Assembly (NCBI GenBank): GCA_043816025.1
Contig: JBDRIH010000048.1
Span: 1-51,928 of the forward strand
DNA length: 51,928 bases
From: Candidatus Omnitrophota bacterium
Lineage (GTDB): Bacteria; Omnitrophota; Gorgyraeia; Tantalellales; Tantalellaceae
Reading direction: 5' to 3'
Shown here: in pieces, positions 18,537 through 27,889 of the stretch
Layout: each line of letters opens with the position of its first letter
Position numbering within the stretch: position 1 is the first letter of the stretch
Notes under the pieces: generated by a model
The model's input: only the letters and a program-made list of their open reading frames with translations
Told to the model about the DNA's origin: nothing
The model's database searches: none
Made by a program: the position numbers and the translations under genes

Positions 18537-19334
18537 ATGAATAAACTAATAAACCTTACCGGAGTAGTCTTATTTATTTTGGCAACATTTGTTTCTTCTG
18601 CTATAGCTGCCGAAGAACCTTTTAAGATAAAAGGCTTTTACGTAGGCATGGAGATAGGGGCGGCAAGAGACCGGCTGGCAGAATTGCTGAACGATCAGGA
18701 AATCATGGTAGAAGAAAATGCGGAAGAGGACGAAGGATTAACTTATATCAGTAACCTCAATAAAATAACGAAAGAAGAACTCAGTCAGATACCGGCTCTG
18801 GCTTCCCCGGGTCATGCCGACAAAATTTGGGAGAGTTTAATTAAGGTTGGATACATAAACAAAAATGGCACTACGCAAAAAAAGTTTTGGCGGCTGAAAA
18901 ATCCATCTGAAATGGAGAGTGTCAGCGCAGCTATTGATATGACCCTCGGCAAAACGGAACCTAGCAGGCTCGACACATCTATTTACACGCTTTTGAAAGC
19001 GGCCAGCGCCCTCCCGCCGCCAGCTTACTATAGGATATTGGCGGATGACGACAAGAGGGTAAAATCAATATTTTTCTCCGGACCCCTGGTAGATAAATTG
19101 TTTAATACTGAAGGGGCCGACCCGCGTGTTTTTCGGGAAAATTTTGTAGGGGCTTACGTGAAATATTTAGCGGAACCGGGTGGGTCCGTCTATTCCCCCA
19201 ATTATATCAGCTCAGATAAAGTGGTATCGATATTAGACTGTCCAAAGGCTAGAGGATGCAAAATTACCTTATTCTCGGATAAATCGCTAAGTATCGAGAA
19301 AGTCGCCGAGGAGAAGGATTTTAAATTTGATTGA
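18537..19334 (+). CDS. Hypothetical exported protein
   Basis: 265 aa, RBS aaggggag, signal peptide ending AIA-AEE. Confidence 0.8.
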   Translation: MNKLINLTGVVLFILATFVSSAIAAEEPFKIKGFYVGMEIGAARDRLAELLNDQEIMVEENAEEDEGLTYISNLNKITKEELSQIPALASPGHADKIWESLIKVGYINKNGTTQKKFWRLKNPSEMESVSAAIDMTLGKTEPSRLDTSIYTLLKAASALPPPAYYRILADDDKRVKSIFFSGPLVDKLFNTEGADPRVFRENFVGAYVKYLAEPGGSVYSPNYISSDKVVSILDCPKARGCKITLFSDKSLSIEKVAEEKDFKFD

Positions 19335-19346
19335 TCCGCGCCTAGA

Positions 19347-19451
19347 TAGAGACGGTTTTGATGCACACAAGACACCGTTTTGGCTTCACACAGGAGACGG
19401 TTTCCCGTTCAGAGGCAATACACTTTCCTGTGTGATTGGAAAGCGTTTCTA
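19347..19451. repeat. Cluster of ~22-bp GARACGSTTTTG-N3/4-CACACAG motifs: direct copies plus one inverted copy
   Basis: gagacggttttgatgcacacaa, gacaccgttttggcttcacacag, gagacggttt; inverted copy at 19418-19451. Confidence 0.65.
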
Positions 19452-19501
19452 AGTACCTTGTCGGCTCGTACTGATTCAGAACAAACGAAAGGCGTGTAAA
19501 T

Positions 19502-20829
19502 ATGAAAAATGCGATTGCGATAAAGATTGGAGCGATTTTCCGGTGTTTTTGTATCGTGGTTCTATTGATAAGCGCATGCGCTGCGATATCTTATTCAGAA
19601 GATGTGGGATCCGGCGATGGTTATAAGATATGGATAGATTCTACGGTTGCTCCGGATGCGGATTCAAAGGGTAGAAATTATTACATATCATCTGCCATGC
19701 AGGACGTCGGCGATAATGATGCGCGATTCCAGGAGTTCGCCAGGTACGTGGAAAACGCGCTTTTACTGTCCAATAATGAATATGTGCGCCTTGGCGACCC
19801 TGACAAAGCGGATATCGGTATCCGGATCAGCTACAACGTAGGTAAAATGGAAGCGGTTAAAGGCGGTTCGATTTCTAGGAAATCTTTGACAGTGGGAGCG
19901 TATGACCTGAAAGACCCCGATCAGCCTCAGCTTTGGAAGGTCAATCTATATAGCAAAGATGGAGGCGTTGATGAGATCCACTCGGGAAGAGATGCTTTAC
20001 TTGAGATAGCTCCACATATGGCGATCGCGGCAATGCCCTATTTTTGGGCACCTTTTAATCTTCCTTCCGTAACACAAACTGAGGACGGGAAAAAATATAT
20101 TATCATCTTTCTTGATGATCCAAGGCTTACGTATATAACGAACAACAGGGAGGAGCAAGGCCAGCCCAGCACCTACGTTCCGCCGGCCAAATATGCGGCG
20201 AACTTTAATTATACCCCTTCTGCTAAGACGGTGCCCGGCTCGGCAGGGGTGACTTTTGCGATAGGGGATCTTACCTATAATTTTCAGCGTGATACTGCAG
20301 TACACTGGTATAATTCCGAGCAGTTCGCTAATTTACCTGATGCGACGAAGCGGGATTTATCAAATCTTCTTATGGCAAAGGGTTTTAGCGTCAGCGGCTC
20401 TTTTGACTCTTATGATCTGATACCTTTTCAGGATAAGAAGGTGATTGACTTATACCTGGTTCCCACGTTTGAACTATTTGTTACGGTAAAAGATAAAAAA
20501 ATGGAGTACAAAGCCGGTTGGGTCCAAACCGGAAATATACAAGTTACCGGAAAAATGCTCCTGGAATTAAGAGAGATTGTGACCCGTGAACTGATGTGTC
20601 CAAGAGTATCCCCTACAAATTTGAATTTCCCTATAGATTAAACGTTCCGGTAGAAGAACCCGGTAACGTGGATGCGCTACTATGGCCCAGGTATATGAAT
20701 GACCTGGCTAAAGGATTAGAGAAACAGTATCCTGACACCATGGCTACCATTGAAAAATTAATTGACCCGGAAGAGATGGCAATGATCAAGAAGCAGTGCC
20801 AGGAGCTTAAGGGTAAGAGGGGATATTAA
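19502..20829 (+). pseudogene. Exported two-domain protein (DUF4136-like N-half plus HpaA-like C-half), split by a 1-nt frameshift at ~20597
   Basis: ORFs 19502-20641 and 20596-20829 overlap; adding one G gives ...RELMWSKSIP... Segments LMAKGFSVSGSFDSYDLIPFQDKK and IDPEEMAMIKKQCQELK resemble HpaA-family proteins (from recall). Could be a sequencing error. Confidence 0.6.
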
Positions 20830-20835
20830 TATATA

Positions 20836-20869
20836 TAGAAACGCTTTTGCCTCAAACAGGAAACTGTAT
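20836..20869. repeat. 34-bp imperfect inverted repeat of 19418-19451
   Basis: 28 of 34 positions match the reverse complement by manual alignment. Confidence 0.75.
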
Positions 20870-21017
20870 AGGATCCACGCGGAAAACTGCCCCTCAGGCC
20901 TCAAGATAACCTTTGAGGCCTGTTTCGTTTACCTGATACATCTATCGCCTGCTGCCTTGCCTTTGCCACATTTTCCAAAATTCTGGCTAATTCGACCTCT
21001 GATAGGCTCATTAGAGA

Positions 21018-21047
21018 GTTGCGAAACTCGTCCAGTAGGGGGAGCCA
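21018..21047 (+). other. tRNA-3'-like att relic (…tccagtagggggagcca); minus strand reads WLPLLDEFRN
   Basis: Ends GGGGGAG-CCA like a tRNA acceptor end; the antisense peptide has no start codon (in-frame TAA four codons upstream of the W). Confidence 0.45.
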
Positions 21048-21194
21048 GATTAGACTTTATGGTGCCCATCCAAAATCTCACCATAAAATCGATATTTGAT
21101 TCGCTCTCAAACCCGAAACAGACCAACATTGACATTGGGGCTGAATTATGATAATTTTAACCATTAATTATTATAAGAGCGGGAGAGGTATGCC

Positions 21195-21995
21195 ATGGAA
21201 GGATTGATTGTAGGTATAATAGGTTGCGGTAATATGGGTAGCGCCATAGCCAGGGGGATGGTCGATAGAGGGATAGCATCCGGTGATTCTATCTTTTTAT
21301 ATGATAAAGATATAAAAAAGGCGGCCCAGCTGGCGGAGAAGACAGGGTGCGTCCAGAAAGATCTATCCCAGCTGGTGAGAAGTTCTGATTTTCTGGTGAT
21401 AGCGGTCAAACCTCAGGATTTTGATGTCCTGGCGGGGGAGATTGCCGGAGATATAGCCGAACAGACTATAGTATCGGTGATGGCGGGTATCGGCATAAGC
21501 GCCATTACGGGTAAACTTGGCAGGGAGCTTCCCGTGGTCAGGGCCATGCCTAATATGGCGGCTTTTGTCGGGGAAAGCATAACCTGTATTTCATGCAGCG
21601 GTATGGTTAATAATACCGAAAAAGTGAAGAATATCTTCAGCGGTATCGGCAAGGTCCTGGAACTTGACGAGAAGCTTCTGGATGGCGCAACAGCCCTCTC
21701 CGGCAGCGGCCCCGCGTACCTTTTTTACCTGGCGGAGGCGATGATAGACGCGGCGAGAGAAGCGGGTTTTGATGAGGTGACAGCGAAGGAGCTGGTCGTG
21801 CAGACGCTTTACGGTTCCGCTGCGCTTTTGAAGGGCACGGGAAGCTCCCCGGAAGATCTGATCAGAAAAGTCGCCTCAAAAGGCGGGACCACGGAAGCGG
21901 CGTTGTCGGTTTTTGACGAAAAAGACCTTAAATCCCACATAAAGGCCGCTATCCTGAAGGCAAAGCAGCGGTCCGAGGAGTTATCGCGAGGGTAA
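21195..21995 (+). CDS. proC: Pyrroline-5-carboxylate reductase
   Basis: IIGCGNMG, AVKPQ, RAMPN, SGSGPAY and VASKGGTT motifs. Confidence 0.96.
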   Translation: MEGLIVGIIGCGNMGSAIARGMVDRGIASGDSIFLYDKDIKKAAQLAEKTGCVQKDLSQLVRSSDFLVIAVKPQDFDVLAGEIAGDIAEQTIVSVMAGIGISAITGKLGRELPVVRAMPNMAAFVGESITCISCSGMVNNTEKVKNIFSGIGKVLELDEKLLDGATALSGSGPAYLFYLAEAMIDAAREAGFDEVTAKELVVQTLYGSAALLKGTGSSPEDLIRKVASKGGTTEAALSVFDEKDLKSHIKAAILKAKQRSEELSRG

Positions 21996-21998
21996 CGG

Positions 21999-22295
21999 AT
22001 GTTTATTGTCGGAGAATTATTACGAAGTCTTGCGCTGCTCGTATCTCTTGTTTTCAATATTTTATATTTTGTCCTTGTGGTCAGGATCATCCTTTCGTGG
22101 GTCAACGCAGATCCTTATAACGATATAGTTCGTATCATCTACAGGGTCACCGACCCTATACTGGCGCCGTTCCGGAGGCTTCCGCTGCAGATGGGCGGGA
22201 TAGATTTTTCGCCGATTGTCGCGTTTTTGGTGTTAAGCGTCCTGAGAAATTTTATAGTCAACATACTTTACCAGATCGCGCACAGACTTGGATGA
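21999..22295 (+). CDS. yggT: YggT family membrane protein
   Basis: ILSWV..DPYN, TDPIL.PFRR and GIDFSPIV motifs. Confidence 0.93.
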   Translation: MFIVGELLRSLALLVSLVFNILYFVLVVRIILSWVNADPYNDIVRIIYRVTDPILAPFRRLPLQMGGIDFSPIVAFLVLSVLRNFIVNILYQIAHRLG

Positions 22296-22297
22296 TT

Positions 22298-22325
22298 AGT
22301 AGGTCACGTTTAAACGTGACCTACT
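22298..22325. repeat. 28-bp perfect palindrome, GTAG/GTTTAAAC family, copy 2
   Basis: agtaggtcacgttt|aaacgtgacctact, 2 nt after the yggT stop. Confidence 0.85.
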
Positions 22326-22340
22326 TTACTCAAAGAGAAA

Positions 22341-22565
22341 ATGAAAATTCAGGTAAAGGTCTTTCCAAAATCATCGCGGGAAGAGCTCATAGAAAAGGGC
22401 GGTATCGTAAAGGCTTACATCAAAGCGGCCCCCGATAAAGGTAAGGCCAACAAGGCATTGATAGAGCTTATTGCAAAAAAGTATAACACAAGAAAAATGG
22501 ATGTAACGATAGTTTCCGGACAAACCAGCAGAAACAAAATCGTGGAGGTTAAAACAAATGGGTAA
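22341..22565 (+). CDS. yggU: DUF167/YggU family protein
   Basis: VKVFPKS, AAPDKGKAN.ALI and SG.TSRNK motifs. Confidence 0.9.
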   Translation: MKIQVKVFPKSSREELIEKGGIVKAYIKAAPDKGKANKALIELIAKKYNTRKMDVTIVSGQTSRNKIVEVKTNG

Positions 22566-23421
22566 GATAGGGATAATAGGCGGCAGCGCCCTTTATGAAA
22601 TCGAAGGTCTGGCGGTCACAGAGAGAAAAGAAGTGACTACGCCTTTTGGCGAGCCTTCTGATGAGTTCGTGATAGGTAAACTCGCGGGTAAGGAAGTGGT
22701 GTTTCTTCCCCGGCACGAACGTACGCACAGTCTTCTCCCGACGGAGATAAATTACAGGGCGAACATATACGCGTTCAAAGTTCTGGGGGTGGACCGGATA
22801 ATATCCGTATCGGCGGTAGGCAGCCTGAAAGAAGAAGTTAAGCCCCTTGACATACTTCTTGTCGACCAGTTCATAGACAGGACCAACCAGGGAAGGTCCA
22901 CGACTTTTTTCGGTGACGGGATTGTCGCGCATGTGGCCTTTGCCGAGCCTATATGTAAGGAACTGAAAGAACTTATATATAAAAGCAACCGCGCTCTGGA
23001 GATAAAGATTCACGACGGCGGGACATACGTCAATATGGAGGGGCCGACGTTCTCGACTAAAGCCGAATCCTTTCTTTATAAAAGCTGGGGAGCTGATGTG
23101 ATAGGCATGACCAATATACAGGAAGCGCGTCTCGCGCGGGAAGCCGGGATCTGCTATTCGACCATTGCGATGATAACCGATTATGATTGCTGGTACCTTT
23201 CATCCGAGGTCGAGACCGTTTCGGTCGAAATGATAATAGAAAACCTCGTCAAGAACGCGGAAGTGGCTAAAAAGATGCTGGTTAATACCATAGCTAATAT
23301 GCCCGAGAAAAGGGCCTGCGCCTGCGGTGAGGCGCTGCATAACGCGATAGTCACAAGAAAGGAAGCGGTTCCCAAAGAAACGCTCGAGAAACTCAAACCC
23401 ATAATAGAGGGATTCATTTAG
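22558..23421 (+). CDS. mtnP: S-methyl-5'-thioadenosine phosphorylase
   Basis: IGIIGGS, TPFG.PS, NYRANI, EGP.FSTKAES, IGMT..EA.LARE and TDYDCW motifs. Confidence 0.93.
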   Translation: MGKIGIIGGSALYEIEGLAVTERKEVTTPFGEPSDEFVIGKLAGKEVVFLPRHERTHSLLPTEINYRANIYAFKVLGVDRIISVSAVGSLKEEVKPLDILLVDQFIDRTNQGRSTTFFGDGIVAHVAFAEPICKELKELIYKSNRALEIKIHDGGTYVNMEGPTFSTKAESFLYKSWGADVIGMTNIQEARLAREAGICYSTIAMITDYDCWYLSSEVETVSVEMIIENLVKNAEVAKKMLVNTIANMPEKRACACGEALHNAIVTRKEAVPKETLEKLKPIIEGFI

Positions 23422-26228
23422 TGGAAGAGAAGAGAATAAACTACAAAGATACGCTTAATCTGCCGCGTACCAAATTTCCCATGAAAGCCAATCTTTCCGA
23501 GAGGGAGCCGGAGGCACTCAAGAAGTGGGCCCGGGAGGACATCTACGCGAAGATCATAGATAAGCGTAAAGACTCCCGGAAACTTTTTGTCCTGCACGAT
23601 GGCCCGCCTTATGCCAACGGGCGCATACATATGGGGCATGTTCTTAACAAGATACTCAAGGATATATGCGTAAAATATTTCACGATGAAAGGGTACTTGG
23701 CGCCGTACGTACCCGGATGGGATTGTCACGGGCTGCCCGTGGAACACCAGCTTTTTAAAGAACTGAACATAACTAAACACGATATCGATCAGGTCAAGTT
23801 CAGGAAGAAGGCCTATGATTATGCCATGAAATACGTGAAGATACAGGCCGGTGAGTTTAAAAGGCTGGGTATATTCGGCGACTGGAAAAACCCATACCTG
23901 ACGCTTTCCAAAGATTATGAGGCCAACATACTTTTCGCGCTGGCGGACCTATATGAAAAAGGTTACATTTACAAGGACCTTAAACCGGTCAACTGGTGCA
24001 GCACGTGTGAGACGGCCCTTGCGGAGGCTGAAGTGGAATACGAGGATAAAACTTCACCTTCGGTGTACGTGAAGTTCGCCACCGGAGAGAACGAGGCAAA
24101 GACGTTTTTTGTGATATGGACCACCACTCCCTGGACGCTTCTTTCTAATGTCGCGATCGCGCTCCATCCGGAATTTAAGTATTCTTTTGTGAAGGCCGGT
24201 GACGAGACATGGATAATGGCAACCGAGCTTGTTCAGGGCCTTATGGGAAAATTCGGAATAAAGGATTACCGCGCCGACGAAGAACTTAAGGGCAGGGAGT
24301 TGGCGGAACGCTTCAATACCGCAAAGCATCCTTTTATCGCGAGAGACGCTCAGGTAGTGCTGGCGGATTACGTCACAAAAGAGGAAGGTACCGGCTGCGT
24401 TCATACGGCGCCCGGCCACGGACAGGAAGACTATATTACGGGTAAAAAATACAGCCTTCCCGTTATTATGCCGGTCGACAGCACGGGAAAGTTCACCGCC
24501 GAAGCGGGTGAGTTTGCCGATCAGAATGTTTTCAAAGCCAACGGCGCCATAGTAGAGAAGATGCGCACCTCGGGCGTGCTTATCAAATCCGAAAACATAA
24601 CACATTCTTATCCTCACTGCTGGAGGTGCAAACAGGCAATTATATTTCGTGCCACCGAACAGTGGTTTATGAACGTCGATCATCTCAACTTGAGGGAGAA
24701 GATGGTCGAGACTATCGAGCGCCAGGTGGAATGGATACCCGAGGCGGGAAAAGAGAGAATAGCTTCCATGGTCAGGATGCGGCCGGACTGGTGTCTTTCC
24801 CGGCAGCGGTACTGGGGGGTGCCGATACCCGCCTTCAGGTGCGTCTCGTGCGGCGAGGCGTTTACCAGTACGGAGATTATCAGAAAAGTAGCCGAACTTA
24901 CCAGAGAAAACGGCGCGGACGTGTGGTTTGAGAGACGTACCGACGAGCTGTTACCGCCGGATGCCGTTTGCCAGAAATGCGGCAGCAAGGATTTCCGCAA
25001 AGAAAACGATATTCTCGATGTATGGTTCGATTCTGGTGTAAGCCATAAAGCCGTTCTGGACCAGAGGCGGGAACTGACTTTTCCGGCGGATCTTTATCTG
25101 GAGGGATCAGACCAGCACAGGGGATGGTTCCAGACGGCGCTTATCACATCCATGGCCATAAAGGAGAGAGCGCCTTACCGCAAGGTCCTGACACACGGTT
25201 TTGTGGTGGATGGCTCCGGCAAAAAGATGTCCAAGTCCATCGGCAACGTAATAAGTCCGCAGGATATAATGCAGAAATACGGCGCTGATATCCTGAGGCT
25301 GTGGGTGGCTTCCAGCAACTATGAGGGCGACATAAAAGTTTCCGTGGAGATACTGGAACGCCTTGCGGATGGATACAGAAAGATACGGAATACGTTCCGG
25401 TACCTTGCGAGCAACCTTTACGATTTCGATCCCGCGGAGGACGCACTTGAGGCGAGCGCCCTGACGGAGACGGACAGATGGATGCTGTCCCGGCTTTACG
25501 GCCTGGTCGAAGAGGTGAACGGCTATTATGACAAGTGGGAATTTTACAAGGTATATCGCGCTGTATATAACTTCTGCGTATATGAAGTGAGTTCTTTTTA
25601 TCTTGACGTTTTAAAGGATGTGTTGTATATAATGACACCAGATTCTTTTGAAAGAAGGTCGGCTCAGACGGCCCTCTTCAGGGTACTCGATACTTTAGTC
25701 CGTCTTGTGGCGCCGCTGCTTTCTTTCACCGCCGAGGAGATTTGGGGACATATCACTTCCGGAGGCAAGGAAGAAAGCGTTCATATCGCGGATTGGCCGG
25801 ATATCGATAAGGATATGGATGGCTGGAAGGACGCCGAACTTGACGCGAAGTGGCGGAAAATACTGTCCATAAGGGACAGTGTTATGAAGTTTCTTGAACT
25901 GAAGCGCGAAGAGGGACTGATAGGAAGTTCCCTGGAGGGAGCTATCACGCTTTATTCGGATAATGACGGAATGCGTGATTTTCTCCGGGAGAACATGGAG
26001 CTGTTTCCCGGGCTTTTTATAGTGTCGCAGGCGGAACTGGCAGATAGCCCGGAGCCCGGCATGAAAGATGTCCCGGCGCTGGATCTGAAGATCGGGGTAA
26101 AAAAAGCCAGCGGGACAAAATGCCAGAGATGCTGGAATTTCAGCAAGACCACCGGGAAGAGCAAAGATTTCCCGGATTTATGCGAGCGGTGTTATAATAT
26201 AACGTTAGAAAGGAGCCGTAATGGTTAA
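23421..26228 (+). CDS. ileS: Isoleucine--tRNA ligase (type 1)
   Basis: LHDGPPYANG.IHMGH, WTTTPWTL, EGSDQHRGWF, KMSKS and a C-terminal Zn finger. Confidence 0.98.
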   Translation: MEEKRINYKDTLNLPRTKFPMKANLSEREPEALKKWAREDIYAKIIDKRKDSRKLFVLHDGPPYANGRIHMGHVLNKILKDICVKYFTMKGYLAPYVPGWDCHGLPVEHQLFKELNITKHDIDQVKFRKKAYDYAMKYVKIQAGEFKRLGIFGDWKNPYLTLSKDYEANILFALADLYEKGYIYKDLKPVNWCSTCETALAEAEVEYEDKTSPSVYVKFATGENEAKTFFVIWTTTPWTLLSNVAIALHPEFKYSFVKAGDETWIMATELVQGLMGKFGIKDYRADEELKGRELAERFNTAKHPFIARDAQVVLADYVTKEEGTGCVHTAPGHGQEDYITGKKYSLPVIMPVDSTGKFTAEAGEFADQNVFKANGAIVEKMRTSGVLIKSENITHSYPHCWRCKQAIIFRATEQWFMNVDHLNLREKMVETIERQVEWIPEAGKERIASMVRMRPDWCLSRQRYWGVPIPAFRCVSCGEAFTSTEIIRKVAELTRENGADVWFERRTDELLPPDAVCQKCGSKDFRKENDILDVWFDSGVSHKAVLDQRRELTFPADLYLEGSDQHRGWFQTALITSMAIKERAPYRKVLTHGFVVDGSGKKMSKSIGNVISPQDIMQKYGADILRLWVASSNYEGDIKVSVEILERLADGYRKIRNTFRYLASNLYDFDPAEDALEASALTETDRWMLSRLYGLVEEVNGYYDKWEFYKVYRAVYNFCVYEVSSFYLDVLKDVLYIMTPDSFERRSAQTALFRVLDTLVRLVAPLLSFTAEEIWGHITSGGKEESVHIADWPDIDKDMDGWKDAELDAKWRKILSIRDSVMKFLELKREEGLIGSSLEGAITLYSDNDGMRDFLRENMELFPGLFIVSQAELADSPEPGMKDVPALDLKIGVKKASGTKCQRCWNFSKTTGKSKDFPDLCERCYNITLERSRNG

Positions 26229-26637
26229 AAAGAAATCGACAGGCAAAAACCAGCCTTTTACCGAAAATGATCTCGCGACCATAAGAAGAGCACTGGTCAA
26301 AAAGAAGGCGCTGATTTTGGAGGAGCTTTTAAAGATCAAAGCCGAGACTTTAAATAAATCGCTCAAGGACGCTTCCGGTGACCTTTCCGGATATTCTTTC
26401 CACATGGCGGACATGGCAACAGATCTTTATGACAGAGAATTTTCCCTGGAACTGGCCGAAGGAGAGAGGGAGAGGTTATATGCCCTGGATGACGCGATAA
26501 AGCGTATTGACGAGGGCACATACGGCGTGTGTGATGAGTGCGGCATAAGTATTTCAAAACAGCGTCTCAAAGTCATGCCACAGGCGAAGTATTGTATCGA
26601 GTGCCAGGAGAAAGAAGAAAAATCCGCAGGCAGATAG
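26221..26637 (+). CDS. TraR/DksA C4-type zinc finger protein
   Basis: Coiled coil with HMADMA tip; GTYG.CDEC...RL...P.A.YCIEC. Confidence 0.9.
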   Translation: MVKKKSTGKNQPFTENDLATIRRALVKKKALILEELLKIKAETLNKSLKDASGDLSGYSFHMADMATDLYDREFSLELAEGERERLYALDDAIKRIDEGTYGVCDECGISISKQRLKVMPQAKYCIECQEKEEKSAGR

Positions 26638-26639
26638 GG

Positions 26640-27083
26640 TTGTATTATTTTATAGTCCTTTCCATATACCTTCTGGATCAGGTGTCGAAATTCTGTGTCG
26701 AGAAACTGGTCCTTCAGGGGTCCAGTATTCCGGTAATCAAGAACATTTTTCATATAACGCTCGTGTATAATACAGGTGCCGCTTTCGGGATGCTCCGGGA
26801 ACATGCGTACCTCTTTGTTGTTATTGCCGTTTTGGCGGCAGCTCTTATCTGTTATTTTTTAATGCGGAGGTCACGCGTATTGAGCGTTACCCAAAAACTG
26901 GCGCTTTGTTTTATCCTGGGCGGTATTCTGGGAAACCTCACGGACAGGATACGCTTCGGTTATGTAATAGATTTTATCGATTTCAGGGTATGGCCGGTGT
27001 TTAATTTTGCCGACAGTTTCATTACCGCAGGCGCTGCGCTTCTGGGATTCTCGATTCTTGTAAAGGGCAAAGAACGAAAGTAG
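26640..27083 (+). CDS. lspA: Lipoprotein signal peptidase II
   Basis: DQ.SK, N.GAAFG, GNL.DR, VIDFI and FN.AD motifs; start uncertain (TTG 26640 chosen to avoid the overlap). Confidence 0.92.
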   Translation: MYYFIVLSIYLLDQVSKFCVEKLVLQGSSIPVIKNIFHITLVYNTGAAFGMLREHAYLFVVIAVLAAALICYFLMRRSRVLSVTQKLALCFILGGILGNLTDRIRFGYVIDFIDFRVWPVFNFADSFITAGAALLGFSILVKGKERK

Positions 27084-27101
27084 GGAGGACAAGGAACAAA
27101 G

Positions 27102-27842
27102 ATGTATCGTATAATCTTCCAGATAGGACCTTTTACACTTTATTCTTACGGCCTGTTCGTGGCGATCGGTTTTTTGCTTTCCACGATCCTCATACTCAAG
27201 GATTCCAAAAGATTCGGGATACCCGCCAACGACGTTTTTGATTGCCTCATCGCGATCTTGATAGGGGGCCTCTTAGGAGGCCGCCTTCTGTTCGTTTTTA
27301 TCAACTGGGGATATTATTCCCGTCATCTTCTGAGGGCGTTTATGTTTTATGAGGGGGGCTTGGCCTTCCAGGGAGCCCTCGTGGCGGCCATACTCGCGGG
27401 AGCAGTTGTGATGCGGATAAAAAAACTTCCTTTTTGGAAGACAGCGGACCTGATAGCCCCGTATGTCGCCCTGGGCCAGGCTCTCGGGCGTATAGGGTGT
27501 TTTTTAAACGGCTGCTGTTACGGCAAGGTTGTCGAAAGCGGGATAGCCGTTACGTTTCCGCAGGAGACGGTGATGAGGGTGCCCACACAGCTTTATTCGA
27601 GTCTTGTTCTTCTTTTTATCTTTGTGATTCTTATCGCGCTTAGCCGTAAGCGGCCGTTTGACGGATACGTTTTTACAGCGTACATAATCCTGTACTCTAT
27701 TTTTAGATTTTTTATGGATTTTGCCAGGGGCGACGACCTAGCCCTTCTTTACGAGATAAAGCTTTCCCAAGGTATTGCCATAGGCATGTTCGCCTGCGGT
27801 GTTGTAATGTACGTTTTCTTGCGAAAGAGAAATTTAACCTGA
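27102..27842 (+). CDS. lgt: Prolipoprotein diacylglyceryl transferase
   Basis: YSYG, GGRL, GGL.FQG, GR.GCF.NGCC.G and PTQLY motifs. Confidence 0.94.
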   Translation: MYRIIFQIGPFTLYSYGLFVAIGFLLSTILILKDSKRFGIPANDVFDCLIAILIGGLLGGRLLFVFINWGYYSRHLLRAFMFYEGGLAFQGALVAAILAGAVVMRIKKLPFWKTADLIAPYVALGQALGRIGCFLNGCCYGKVVESGIAVTFPQETVMRVPTQLYSSLVLLFIFVILIALSRKRPFDGYVFTAYIILYSIFRFFMDFARGDDLALLYEIKLSQGIAIGMFACGVVMYVFLRKRNLT

Positions 27843-27873
27843 CAGATCTAACCTGGCTGCTGGCAGGTTAGAT
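27835..27873. repeat. TAACCTG/ATCTAACC palindromic family, copy 1
   Basis: taacctgacagatctaacctggctgctggcaggttagat; includes the lgt TGA stop. Confidence 0.75.
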
Positions 27874-27889
27874 GGGGTTTTAGGGACTT

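Noticed and set aside
19347-19451. CRISPR array
   Set aside because: The units are degenerate and abut each other with no unique spacers; no cas genes in the window.
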